Shown piece after piece: positions 44,869 through 55,230 of a DNA stretch of 64,000 bases (the stretch's first letter is position 1; each line of letters begins with the position of its first letter). The translations under genes were made by a program, and so were the position numbers. Source of the DNA: a virus; UHGV virus genome UHGV-1352914, one strand, 5' to 3'. The notes under the pieces were generated by a model that saw only the letters and a list, made by a program, of their open reading frames with translations, ran no database searches and was not told where the DNA came from.

Positions 44869-47800
44869 ATGGCTATCGACTTTAGTACCGCCAATATGTC
44901 CGACTTCGCTCCGACGTCGGCAAGCAGTATCGCGCGTGAACAGCGAGCCGCAGAACGGCACGCCACGTGGCAAGAGACGCAAAAACAGAAACAGGAAGAC
45001 AGAGCACAGAAAGCACTGGACCGCGAGCAAAGGTTAGCGGAAAAGAAACAGACCCGCGCGGAGAAAGCCGCAGGAGCTACCGCGGAGTTTGATGACTATG
45101 TCTTTAAGTCCATTGATGACTTTCAGAAGAAACAGACTGAACAGGCAGACCGCGCACGTAACGTAGAATGGGAAACAAAAAGCCGCGCCCATACGGAACA
45201 AGGATGGAAAACCACCGCGGAAAAGGCTGACATTGATGTCTTGAACAAAGGAAACCGTGGGTTCACCTTTGAGGGAATCGACTACATGAAGGACTATGTA
45301 GACCGCGGAGAAGATGCGCTGGTTGATTTGAAGGCCGCCGCTCGTGGTGATAGTGACGCCATTAAAAAGCTTACGAATAACACGGGCATCGTCGCAGTCT
45401 CTTCCTCCGAACTTTCTCCCCAGCATCCCGCATTCTTATCCCGCTTTGGCTTCGGCATGGGAGAGGACGGGAACCCCGTCGTAACGGAAAAGTTCCTCGC
45501 CATTGCCGCAGACAGAAACCGTAACGCAAAGGCGGTGGCCAAATCCATCGCCAACACAATGGAGAAGGCCCGGAAGGATTACCTCAACTCGCATCTAGAT
45601 GTTGGTACAGGTAAACCTAAAGCAGAAGCCATCGAGACTGCACCCATTGCTTACACTGCGGAGGAAATAGAAAGCATCATCAATACGATTAGGCGCGAAG
45701 ACATTGACAACTATCGTGCCGCTAAGTCTCTCTATACTAAGCACCGAGCCGCTTCGACGGAGAACGTGCAGAAGAAAACCCCCAGCCAGACGAACGTGGG
45801 GGAGCTTGGCGTTGGCGAATTCTCTGATTCAGCACCTTCATTTACTGGGAATGTTTTTGCTGAACTCGCCAACCTCTCTAAGTCTCCCAGCAAAATGTTC
45901 CGGCTTGTCCGCGACTACGGGGATTACCTTTCCCGGAACGGTGATATCTATATCCCCGGGCATCAAACTTCAAAGAAAGAAAAACCTGTTGAGGATAGGA
46001 TTCGTGAACAGATAGAGGCGGCAGACAAAATCGTAAGACGGCTCGAAGAAGACTACACTGGCCTTCCCTACCTCGAACTTCGCGACGCGATTCTCAATCC
46101 GGAAGCCGCGGCCTCTACCCTTCTGTCTTTAGTCCCCAATGCTGACATGGACGCAATACGTGCAAGGGCCGAAGTTCTTGCCAAGGACCTTCGTCGCAAG
46201 AAGGACCGCCCCCTGACCTTCGAGACCGATGAACAGATTGGCATGAGTGAGGCTATACTGGAAGCCGTGGCTACAAGGTTTCCGGGGGTTCCCAAATCCA
46301 CCCTGTACCAAGCGGGAGTAACCAATCTGATTCAGGGTTATGTCGCCAAGGCTACGCCGAGAGGCACTCTCATGGATGCGGTCAATGGTGCAATGGCTAA
46401 CTACCGAAGCACGGCGGGACAAATTGCGGATGTGCTTACCTTCCAACCGGGAGATAGTGTGGGCAAGACCTCTGACCCATTGAGTACGATGGAATGGAGA
46501 AAGGGAACGAGGCGTGGCACATGGGAGTATGGCGTACCGGGGGGTCCCTCTTTTGATGTAGGTCCCGAACGGTTGAAGGAATACATGGCCCAGTACCATA
46601 TCGAAAGTACCCGCGACGCTCTCAACTCCCTCTCCCATGCCGCACGTATGGGTGACTTGGGCGTAGGCCGTGGCAGTCTCTTTGCGTACAATCCGCACAC
46701 CAAGGAAGTAGATACGAATGCCACTCTCGAACTGAACCCCAATGCTCTCTACGACAATAAGCTGATGGACAAGAGCATTGAGGCTCTCCGTGCTAGTGGC
46801 GCGGACGAAGGTCTCATCAATCGCACCATTGAGAAGTTCCAGAACCTCCGCACGAAATCCGCACAGGAACTTGTGAAGGACAACATTGCATTGGATGAAA
46901 CGCTGGGAACGCTCCGTGATACGTGGCTTGGTTCCGGTATGCGGTTCAACCCTGTCTGGACCGAAACCATGAAGCATCTGGACAAGTACCTTTCCTTCAA
47001 GAATTTTTACAACGAACAGAAGGAAGCGGGCAAGAGCGACGAGGACATTCTCTCCGCATGGCAGGAGAAAGGACAGGCTCACATCAATCCTATTCTCCGT
47101 GGGTTCCAGATAGGCACGCACAAGGCCATTGACCTTGGGACAGGGGCCGCCTATGGTGCTCTTCTCTTTGCGCAGAATGCAGTCGGCAGTCGTGCGGCGA
47201 TGGAACATACCCGCACCCTCTGGGACCAGCTGAACAAAAAACAGGAAGCGGAAGCTGAACTTGTTCGAGGCAATATCATTGCAGACTATACTGCGGAAAT
47301 CGCTAACCTCGGCTACCAAATGGTAGCAACCGCGGGGGCTGGTAAAATCGGTGGCCTTGCTGGCCGTGCATTGGAACGTACCGCTCTGACCAAGTTCGCG
47401 AGGGCAATGGCTAACGTCGCGGCGAGGCGGGCAGAAGCTCTTGTCCCTGCCGCCCGTCCGGGATTGGCGGGACGTTTGAGTGGAACTATTCAGCGCAACC
47501 TCAACAACCTTGCGGCGTTGAGCCTCGAACGGGCAGGAGCTGGTGCTGGGGTAAACCTTACCATCATCTCGCAGGTTGCACCGAATGCTTACTCCGACAT
47601 CTTCTATACCATTTATGACAGGGAGATGGAAGGGAAGGAAGCGACTGCCGAGAACACGAACCGGGCACAGAGCATTGCCAGCAGGCATGCCCTCTTTGGT
47701 GCGGCTCTGGTCTCCACTGGCAGTACGCTTATCAACAACCGCGCAGGTATGGATTCCTTCATGCGTAAGGTTGTTGGGGCTAAAAACCTTCGCGGCCAAT

Positions 47801-50800
47801 CTCCAGTCCAAACTCTTGAACAGAAGATGGCCAGATGGAGAAGCAAGCCGTGGGCTGAAATGAATACCAAGGAGAAGACGTTTGCCGTTGCTTCCTATTT
47901 GTACAGCACGAGCATGGCCGCAGTGGAAGGAGCCACCGAAGAACTGGCAGACGAATTCCAAGAGTGGGCATTTACTGAACTGGTGAAGAACGGAGAAATC
48001 TCCGAATCCTCTATTGCCACTACTGACCAAGTGATTAGCGGTGCTATAAAGACTGCTTTCCTTGGGGGTATCGGCGGCTACGTTGGTAGCCAGTTAGCTG
48101 GTGAAGGGAACATACGTTTCCAAACCGAAGCCGCTCCCACCCTTGATGTAAAGGATGCTACTTCCATACTACCGGATATTACGAAAGATGCGAGCAACAT
48201 CATCGAGGAAACGGGCAAAGCCATTACCAAGGATAATGTACCGGAAAGCTTGGTAGAAACCGGAAAGAGGGTTATCGAGATTGCCGGGGAGAAGGGGGAT
48301 GCCGCGGAAGTTGCCCGCGAATGGGTGGACAAATCCATTGCCCATGAAAGTCTGGCAGTCTCCGATGAAACCCGCAAGGCATGGGTGGAAGGCGCAACCC
48401 GTATGGGCATCAGCAATTTCACCCAGTTCCGCAACCTAGTTGAACGGGCCTCCGAAATATATACCTACGAGGGTAGTGCCGCGGCAAGCTCATTCATGGC
48501 AGAAGCCATTAACGACCTGCCCAATACCCTGTCATTCCCAAATAAGGAAAACCTCGACACCATGCGCACCATGCTTTCGGAGGCCCTTGATGCTATGGGA
48601 GACAGGGTTCAGGTTATCGAAGTAGACGACGACCTGTCCATCATTACTACAGGGGACGAGGACCTCGATGCCGCTCTTCACGTCATTAACGGATTGACGG
48701 AACCCACGGCTACCACGGAACCCAAGGAATCCCCGACTACCGCGGAACCCACGGCTACCGCGGAACCCACGGCTACCGCGGAACTCACGGCGCGGAAGGA
48801 GAGGGACCAAGCCATTGCCCCCGTCACTAACATGGTAGATACGGGAGTAGTTACCCCCGAAGCCGTGGAAACCGTGGATACCTTGGATGCCGCCATTACT
48901 TCGTTCGACCCCAACACTGGGGCATGGCTTTCATCCGGTTCACCTCTTGACCGCGGAACCAAGCTCGTCTCCTTGAACGAGATGACCGGGATTAACGCCC
49001 CGCTGGTTACGAGCAACACGGGAGAAACCATTGTCGTCTCTCCGCACGCAAGCATGTACAACATGGGTGAGGGAGGGACACCCAGCACCAAGTGGGGGGA
49101 TAGGGTCTCCGCTCTCAATCTCCCCTCTGACGGGACGGGCGTAAATGCCTACGGCATCCTTTCGGACCTTCGCGTCAAGGCATCTCCTGCACAGGCCGCG
49201 GCCATTGACGGAGTGCTCCGCGCATTGCATGCCGCTGGTTTGGACGTGGCTATCCGAGCCACCAATGCTCCTGCCAATATAGCCTCCCCCGCCAGTATCA
49301 CGTATAAGAACGGAACAGACGGGAAGCTCGTCGGCGGCGTCATTGACCTGTACATGGACCGGGACAATGTGATTGAGAGCGTAACGGGAACAGTACTGCA
49401 TGAGGCCATCCACCTCATTGACCGTCATCTTCGTGCCACTAACGCGGACTACTCCCAGCGGATGGACAAGATTAGAAGCGCAGTTGCGGAGAACTATAAT
49501 CAAATCATTGATAGCCTCACTGCTATGTATGAAGCTAGCGTGGACATCAATGAGATGAATGCCATCGCCGCGCTTGCCTCCGACCTCAACTATGGTCTCC
49601 GTGGCCCGGACGAATTTGCCAGTGTTGCGTTCTCCAATCCTGTCATGAACTTCATGATTGCGGAGGTGAGCGGAGACAATGTAACCCTCACGGATTTGGC
49701 TCGCTATGCCGAAGCGGCTGGGGGCAGGAGACCCGTTCATGTGCGCCTCATTGAATGGCTTAAGGATTTGATTAGGGATGTGCGGCAAACTGCGGACGAC
49801 ATGGATGGAACCACCGCCGCCAAGAATGCGGCTGAATGGGATTCCTATGTGGACCGCGTCGCGGACATAACCCCCGGCAAGTGGTTCGACATGCCTCGCA
49901 CTCCGTCATGGAAAGTAGACGATACGGACTACACCATGAGCCGTGAGGTAGATTATTTTAACCCGTTGGCCTATGAGACCGACATGACCCAAAGACTGTC
50001 CTTCGGTCTGGGCGCAGAGATTATCGGTACGAATGCCGGGAACTGGGTAACCAGTGTTAAGAACGTATGGCAAGGCGTGTCTAAGGGCTGGGACAAAGCT
50101 GGCATCAATGTTAAGTCCGAGGAACAGAAGCTGATTGTGCTGGAACAAATGACCAACGTGAATGCGGCGTATGAACGCAGTATTAAACGCATTGGCAAAA
50201 TCGGCGATATGCTTCAACGCCGTGCGGATAGTCTGGGCTGGGATGCCACGACGCGAAAGAAATGGAGCAAATCCATTCTCGATATGTCGGGGAATATGGA
50301 CAACGATATTGACCCTGAAACTGTTGCACGCATTAACGCAGAGGCCCAAGCAGAAGTTCGCCAGCACGAACAGACCCGCGACTTCCGTATCGCGTTGGCT
50401 AAGAAGACCGTTACCGATGCCGTCAATAGGCACGCGGAAGCGGTGCGTCTGGCCAACTCCCTTGCGCTTAATAGTGAAGGGCGATTGGAAATCAATGAGA
50501 TGATGCGCCGGATTAAAGACATGAGCGTCAAGGGATATGGTGCTATGCTGGACAAGACGGTGGCTCTCCCCATGCTCTCCCAGCAGATTCACAATGTGCT
50601 CTCTGACCTTGGCTCTCGTATCTCCGCGACGGGGGATGCCAATCTGGAAACCACCTACTTTGGCCTCGCCCGTGATACGCAGAACTACCTTGCGGATATG
50701 ATTAACGAGGTGGACAGTCCCTTCTCTATGGATGAACTTCTGGACAGGTGGTCCAACCTTCGCAACGACTACCTCTATGCGGAGAGTACAAACCACCCCG

Positions 50801-53800
50801 CCATCGCTCCTATGATTCAGGACATCTCTAGGGCACGGGCCGAAGCTAAACAAATCATCCGGGAAGCCAACGATGATTTCCATGCCGCAACAAAGAGGGC
50901 AGGTGTAACTCGTGCTGGCGTAACTACCCCTGCTGGTTCCGTGTGGCTGAAACGGGACAACGCTATCCTCGATGCACGCCGTCAGAAACAGGCAGAGTAT
51001 ATGGCTAAGCGGGATGCCGCGGAACAATGGCTTCTGTCACAGGGAGTTGTAGGCCAGCTGGTCCACAATGTCATCGCCGATTCCCGTAAAGAAATTGCCG
51101 CAACGCAAATCTCTATTGCCAAGCTCATTGGAGATAGCCGTATGGCTAACAACGCCGCGGAGATGAATTATCTTCATCGCACCTACATGGCCGTAGGTCG
51201 TCATGCCGGAGACTTCACCCGGACGATGAAGGACATCATTGCACACCCCAACGGAGAACTGGCGCAGAAATACGATGGCCTGACGAAGTTGTTGCAGGAA
51301 GCCGCAATCGCTCATGCCGAAGCGCACCAGACAGAGTTGTCCGAAAACATAAGCCAAGTGCTGGACAACATGCAGGCATTGGCCGCGCTCCATGACGAGT
51401 TGAAACTTCCGCTGGTGTCAGCTCCCACGGGAGCCTCTTCGAATTATAAACTCCTGTTCGAAGGTGTAGCCAAGAACTACAGGACCAGAGAAATTCTTGA
51501 CTTCATTCAGAACAACTTCGGCAGGGTTCAAATGCTTGCGGACCTGCGGGATGGCCACAACATCAGTGCCATGTATAATAAGGCCATGAGCATGATAGCA
51601 CAGGCTGACTATCGCACGAAGTCAAAGATGGCAGAGATGAAAGAAACTCTGGACATGAAAGCCAGAGATAGTTTCCTCGCCGATGTCTTCTCCAGCCTTC
51701 CGGGAAACACGATTGCCGACAAAATCGGCGGCCTTGAATCCCCGGCATCCGTGGCTTCCGAAGTGAACAAGGCCATCCCCACTATCCCGACTTCGGCCAT
51801 TGACCAGATATGGAACGCTCCGAATATGAATGCCGCAGAACGACTGGACAAGACGCTCAATCTTCTCCGTGGTCAGGCGGGCATTCTCATGGGGGCGAAC
51901 AATATGGGCAACGTCATCTCCGCTACCGACTTGAAAGTGTTGCAATATCCGGAACTCTCCCGTCTTGCGGTGAACGATGCCATGAAGGCCATTGACGAAG
52001 TGCTGACCAAGAAGAGGACGAATGAAGATGCGCTGGCCCAGCGGAAACGCTTGCCCGAATGGCAGAGGAAAGCTATGTATGAACTTAGTGACCTCACCAT
52101 TGGGGATGCCATTGGGACATTGCAGAATACCATATCCATGCAGTCGAAGATTGCCGTGAACCAGTTGCTTGCTGACGAGTACGCCACCGTGCTCAAGGCA
52201 CAGGGTGTAGTCGTACCCCCGGATTCCGCGAGCCGTACCCCTGATATGGTGGAAATCTCCTTGAAGAATACGAAGAATGCGTTGAACGGATTGTATGCCG
52301 ACAAGGATGTAGCCGATGCACTCTATCACATCTACAGGCCAAGCGACGACATCATGAACAGTCGGACGGACGACTATAAGAAGGTGCGCAAGTACTGGCA
52401 GAAGTCCGGCAAGGGTCAAGAATGGTGGAGTAAGGCGGGTGGCTTGGCTAACCTTTCTGTCTTAATAGCTAGTCCTAATTCCACGTTACGTAACTTATAT
52501 GGTACAGTAGCTCAAATGACCCATGCGGGTGCACTTCCATTCACGGGGAGTAAAGACATCGCAAACCTTGTCGGGGACTGGGTCCAGTTGCGTAAGTTGT
52601 GGTGGCTATCACAGGGCAAGGACCTTGGTTCACAGGCTTCCGCAGATAGACTGCTGGCCGCGGAAGACAGGTACAACGAGAAGATTCGCTACTGGCAAGA
52701 GCTTGGTCTGCTGGACGCAGGTCAAGGGGAGTTCCTGCGCAACGTCTGGAAGTCTGACGAGTTCAGTAAGATGGCAGGAGAATTTGAAGAAGTGAATGAA
52801 GATTCCTTCTTCAAACTCGCCGAAGCTCTGAACGAGAAACAGGAACGGACGAAGGGCGAGGTGGCTAAGGATGCCGCCAAGATGGCGGGCAAAGTCGTAG
52901 CATGGCCCGTCAAAACGATGGCCTTCGCCTATGGCTTGCCGGACGCGGCGGCCAAGATTGTTCTCTTCACTAACCAGAGAGCGATTGCCGATACCCAATT
53001 AAAGGTACAACTGGCACGGGCGAAAGGCAAGGCCAACCCCAATGCGCGGGACCAGATACTCCTTGACGCGAGCCAGACTGACCAGAGTTGGAATGCGTAT
53101 GTGGATAGGTATACTGCCCACATGGTGAAGAGCTTGCTCCCCACGGGTTCGCGTACTCCTTCGTGGGTGAAAACCCTGAATATAGTTGCGGCTCCGTTCT
53201 TCATGTTCCAGTACCATACCGCCCAGTCCGTAGTCTACAACCTTGGCCACGCCATAGGCGAAGGGGTAGACGGTGTGTGGGCTATCAATAACGGCATGAA
53301 GAAGGAGGGGGCTTACCTCTTGGGACGCGCTTTCGTTCGCATCGCTGGTTCCGTAGGAACTATTTCTGCAACCTCTGCGGTCTCTTCCTGGGTTGCCCGA
53401 CAGATTATCACCAGTGTCTTGGGAGATGACGATGACCGTAAAATCATTGACGACGCGGAAGTCATGAGGAAGCTGGCAGACAGTGGGCTAATTCCCGACT
53501 ATGATAAGTTCGGGGACTTGATTGGCATCATAGATATGAAGCGGCATGAGTTCGAGTATTTGAACCTTGAATACATGAACCCGTTCAAGACCATCAAGGT
53601 GTTAGCCAAAACCCTGCCCAGCCTCTTCATGGATATGGATGTGGACAAGTGGGGGATGAACAAGGTCGCCGAACTGAAAAACCTGCTGGAAAATACGGTG
53701 CTCGAAGAATCCCTCCTTCTGAACGCCGCTTCTGAATTGTTTAATGAGGAAGACTTCAATTACAAGCATAGCCTCTCAGGTGATGAAAGTGTCAACGTTC

Positions 53801-54534
53801 TCCCGGCAGTAGGCAACGCAATCCTGTTGGCCGCAGGACTGAACCCCTCGTTCGGCAGTGGACATACATGGCAAGTCCTTGAACGATTCGCGACGGTTGC
53901 CAATAAAAAGATTCCCTTCTACGGCTGGGCAGTCAAGTCAGGTAAACAAGCGTTTAGCGATACACCTGACATGAGTGGCGCGGCATACGGGTTACAGTCC
54001 TTGGGTGCGGGCCTCCGTCGTCCGAAGGATTTGACCGAAGCCCTTGCCGCCGGGTTAAAGAATGCCAACGCGGCGGTCACTAAGTCGAAGCGAATGAGCA
54101 TTCTGCGTCCGGACTTCTACAAGAGAATGGAATCCGGGATGGATGTGGAACTCATGGAAGCCGTGGAAACCGCGGATGCCGTGAAGAATTTCACCAAGCT
54201 AGTCAATAGTGTCCGGTTCGTTACGGAAATTACAAACATGCTTGACCCGTCCATCCGTTCGGAAGTTCTGGCCTCCGTGATTGAGAGTTCCGGTATGAGT
54301 GCCAAGACCTACGGCGCGGCCATGCAGGGCATCATGCCCTACGTCATTAGCCCGCAAGCAGGACGTGAAGCTATCGCGAAGCTCAACCGTGAATTGCAGA
54401 AGTCTAATACCACGGACGAGGGCAAACGCCTAATCGAAGAGCAGAAGCAACTCATTATCAACCTCATGCGGAAGGGTAGCATTCCGATTGATGGGGCATT
54501 GAGTACAGAGGAAATTCATAATCGGATGAAGTAG
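44869..54534 (+). CDS. Giant virion/ejection ('polyvalent'-type) protein, 3221 aa, with zincin-like HExxH motif
   Basis: Single uninterrupted ORF; mostly helical/low-complexity; 'GTVLHEAIHLIDRH' HExxH; linker repeats 'EPTATAEPTATAE'; no DxDGD RNAP motif seen. Confidence 0.75.
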   Translation: MAIDFSTANMSDFAPTSASSIAREQRAAERHATWQETQKQKQEDRAQKALDREQRLAEKKQTRAEKAAGATAEFDDYVFKSIDDFQKKQTEQADRARNVEWETKSRAHTEQGWKTTAEKADIDVLNKGNRGFTFEGIDYMKDYVDRGEDALVDLKAAARGDSDAIKKLTNNTGIVAVSSSELSPQHPAFLSRFGFGMGEDGNPVVTEKFLAIAADRNRNAKAVAKSIANTMEKARKDYLNSHLDVGTGKPKAEAIETAPIAYTAEEIESIINTIRREDIDNYRAAKSLYTKHRAASTENVQKKTPSQTNVGELGVGEFSDSAPSFTGNVFAELANLSKSPSKMFRLVRDYGDYLSRNGDIYIPGHQTSKKEKPVEDRIREQIEAADKIVRRLEEDYTGLPYLELRDAILNPEAAASTLLSLVPNADMDAIRARAEVLAKDLRRKKDRPLTFETDEQIGMSEAILEAVATRFPGVPKSTLYQAGVTNLIQGYVAKATPRGTLMDAVNGAMANYRSTAGQIADVLTFQPGDSVGKTSDPLSTMEWRKGTRRGTWEYGVPGGPSFDVGPERLKEYMAQYHIESTRDALNSLSHAARMGDLGVGRGSLFAYNPHTKEVDTNATLELNPNALYDNKLMDKSIEALRASGADEGLINRTIEKFQNLRTKSAQELVKDNIALDETLGTLRDTWLGSGMRFNPVWTETMKHLDKYLSFKNFYNEQKEAGKSDEDILSAWQEKGQAHINPILRGFQIGTHKAIDLGTGAAYGALLFAQNAVGSRAAMEHTRTLWDQLNKKQEAEAELVRGNIIADYTAEIANLGYQMVATAGAGKIGGLAGRALERTALTKFARAMANVAARRAEALVPAARPGLAGRLSGTIQRNLNNLAALSLERAGAGAGVNLTIISQVAPNAYSDIFYTIYDREMEGKEATAENTNRAQSIASRHALFGAALVSTGSTLINNRAGMDSFMRKVVGAKNLRGQSPVQTLEQKMARWRSKPWAEMNTKEKTFAVASYLYSTSMAAVEGATEELADEFQEWAFTELVKNGEISESSIATTDQVISGAIKTAFLGGIGGYVGSQLAGEGNIRFQTEAAPTLDVKDATSILPDITKDASNIIEETGKAITKDNVPESLVETGKRVIEIAGEKGDAAEVAREWVDKSIAHESLAVSDETRKAWVEGATRMGISNFTQFRNLVERASEIYTYEGSAAASSFMAEAINDLPNTLSFPNKENLDTMRTMLSEALDAMGDRVQVIEVDDDLSIITTGDEDLDAALHVINGLTEPTATTEPKESPTTAEPTATAEPTATAELTARKERDQAIAPVTNMVDTGVVTPEAVETVDTLDAAITSFDPNTGAWLSSGSPLDRGTKLVSLNEMTGINAPLVTSNTGETIVVSPHASMYNMGEGGTPSTKWGDRVSALNLPSDGTGVNAYGILSDLRVKASPAQAAAIDGVLRALHAAGLDVAIRATNAPANIASPASITYKNGTDGKLVGGVIDLYMDRDNVIESVTGTVLHEAIHLIDRHLRATNADYSQRMDKIRSAVAENYNQIIDSLTAMYEASVDINEMNAIAALASDLNYGLRGPDEFASVAFSNPVMNFMIAEVSGDNVTLTDLARYAEAAGGRRPVHVRLIEWLKDLIRDVRQTADDMDGTTAAKNAAEWDSYVDRVADITPGKWFDMPRTPSWKVDDTDYTMSREVDYFNPLAYETDMTQRLSFGLGAEIIGTNAGNWVTSVKNVWQGVSKGWDKAGINVKSEEQKLIVLEQMTNVNAAYERSIKRIGKIGDMLQRRADSLGWDATTRKKWSKSILDMSGNMDNDIDPETVARINAEAQAEVRQHEQTRDFRIALAKKTVTDAVNRHAEAVRLANSLALNSEGRLEINEMMRRIKDMSVKGYGAMLDKTVALPMLSQQIHNVLSDLGSRISATGDANLETTYFGLARDTQNYLADMINEVDSPFSMDELLDRWSNLRNDYLYAESTNHPAIAPMIQDISRARAEAKQIIREANDDFHAATKRAGVTRAGVTTPAGSVWLKRDNAILDARRQKQAEYMAKRDAAEQWLLSQGVVGQLVHNVIADSRKEIAATQISIAKLIGDSRMANNAAEMNYLHRTYMAVGRHAGDFTRTMKDIIAHPNGELAQKYDGLTKLLQEAAIAHAEAHQTELSENISQVLDNMQALAALHDELKLPLVSAPTGASSNYKLLFEGVAKNYRTREILDFIQNNFGRVQMLADLRDGHNISAMYNKAMSMIAQADYRTKSKMAEMKETLDMKARDSFLADVFSSLPGNTIADKIGGLESPASVASEVNKAIPTIPTSAIDQIWNAPNMNAAERLDKTLNLLRGQAGILMGANNMGNVISATDLKVLQYPELSRLAVNDAMKAIDEVLTKKRTNEDALAQRKRLPEWQRKAMYELSDLTIGDAIGTLQNTISMQSKIAVNQLLADEYATVLKAQGVVVPPDSASRTPDMVEISLKNTKNALNGLYADKDVADALYHIYRPSDDIMNSRTDDYKKVRKYWQKSGKGQEWWSKAGGLANLSVLIASPNSTLRNLYGTVAQMTHAGALPFTGSKDIANLVGDWVQLRKLWWLSQGKDLGSQASADRLLAAEDRYNEKIRYWQELGLLDAGQGEFLRNVWKSDEFSKMAGEFEEVNEDSFFKLAEALNEKQERTKGEVAKDAAKMAGKVVAWPVKTMAFAYGLPDAAAKIVLFTNQRAIADTQLKVQLARAKGKANPNARDQILLDASQTDQSWNAYVDRYTAHMVKSLLPTGSRTPSWVKTLNIVAAPFFMFQYHTAQSVVYNLGHAIGEGVDGVWAINNGMKKEGAYLLGRAFVRIAGSVGTISATSAVSSWVARQIITSVLGDDDDRKIIDDAEVMRKLADSGLIPDYDKFGDLIGIIDMKRHEFEYLNLEYMNPFKTIKVLAKTLPSLFMDMDVDKWGMNKVAELKNLLENTVLEESLLLNAASELFNEEDFNYKHSLSGDESVNVLPAVGNAILLAAGLNPSFGSGHTWQVLERFATVANKKIPFYGWAVKSGKQAFSDTPDMSGAAYGLQSLGAGLRRPKDLTEALAAGLKNANAAVTKSKRMSILRPDFYKRMESGMDVELMEAVETADAVKNFTKLVNSVRFVTEITNMLDPSIRSEVLASVIESSGMSAKTYGAAMQGIMPYVISPQAGREAIAKLNRELQKSNTTDEGKRLIEEQKQLIINLMRKGSIPIDGALSTEEIHNRMK

Positions 54535-54549
54535 CAAGGATTTATATCC

Positions 54550-54578
54550 TTGACCTTCGGGGGCATGGGAGATATACT
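54550..54578 (+). promoter_or_regulatory. sigma70-like promoter TTGACC-N17-TATACT flanked by inverted repeat gggcatgggaga/tctcctatgccc; leaderless geometry (ATG 54585)
   Basis: Seen in sequence. Confidence 0.5.
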
Positions 54579-54584
54579 TCTCCT

Positions 54585-55190
54585 ATGCCCTCTTTTCGTA
54601 TAGTCCCCAATCATGTTATGGTCACCCCTCCGGGTGGCTGGAAGTTTGTTGTCCCTGAATCCATGAGTGTCAGGCTCAAGGGAACCAAGGTTTCCGCGGG
54701 TTCACTGGAACAACTTCGCAAATCCGTTGCCCGTCTCTTCATGAATAATGGAGAACCCTTTCAGGTTGCGCTCTTTGAATCAGAACTCTGTTCCTCTCTT
54801 CCTCCCCAATACTGTACTACCTGCGGGGATAAGGGGATTGAATGGAGGGAGTATGAACCCATGAGTGCCAAGAAGATACTGGCCTTCTTTAGTACTATGG
54901 TTCTCTGGTATCGACGGGGGCACAGATTTGTAGACGAGGCAGAAGCCCGCCGCCGCTATGCTATCTGTTCCTCCTGTCCTTATGCTACCTCTACGCCCCC
55001 CCCGGATTTAGAGAAGCAAGGGTGCGCCACATGTGGAGCCGAAGGAGCTGGCCGCAAATTCCTCAAGGAAAAAATTTCCGGGCAAGCTGACCTGACCAAC
55101 GGGGAGGCTCCTCTCTATTGTACCTTATGCGGTTGCGACCTATCAGTAAAGGCTCACTTCGATATTGAATCTGACTGCTGGCTAAAATAG
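54585..55190 (+). CDS. Cys-rich putative zinc-binding protein
   Basis: 'CTTCGD...CSSC...CATCG...CTLCGC'. Confidence 0.5.
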   Translation: MPSFRIVPNHVMVTPPGGWKFVVPESMSVRLKGTKVSAGSLEQLRKSVARLFMNNGEPFQVALFESELCSSLPPQYCTTCGDKGIEWREYEPMSAKKILAFFSTMVLWYRRGHRFVDEAEARRRYAICSSCPYATSTPPPDLEKQGCATCGAEGAGRKFLKEKISGQADLTNGEAPLYCTLCGCDLSVKAHFDIESDCWLK

Positions 55191-55194
55191 CTCT

Positions 55195-55223
55195 TGACAT
55201 TATTTCAAGTTGGTACATACTTC
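55195..55223 (+). promoter_or_regulatory. sigma70-like promoter TTGACA-N17-ATACTT, ATG ~8 nt downstream
   Basis: Seen in sequence; my nt count is off by 1 relative to the ORF track here. Confidence 0.45.
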
Positions 55224-55230
55224 CCTCCGT

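Noticed and set aside
46129-52419. Several long antisense ORFs (633, 282, 373, 265 aa) inside the giant gene
   Set aside because: A single 9.7-kb uninterrupted plus-strand frame with its own promoter is far less likely to occur by chance than the fragmented antisense ORFs.
44869-54534. Giant ORF as virion RNA polymerase (crAss-like/N4-like)
   Set aside because: No DxDGD double-psi beta-barrel motif and no T7-like motifs A/B/C were found on reading the full translation. Retained as an unresolved possibility in the findings.
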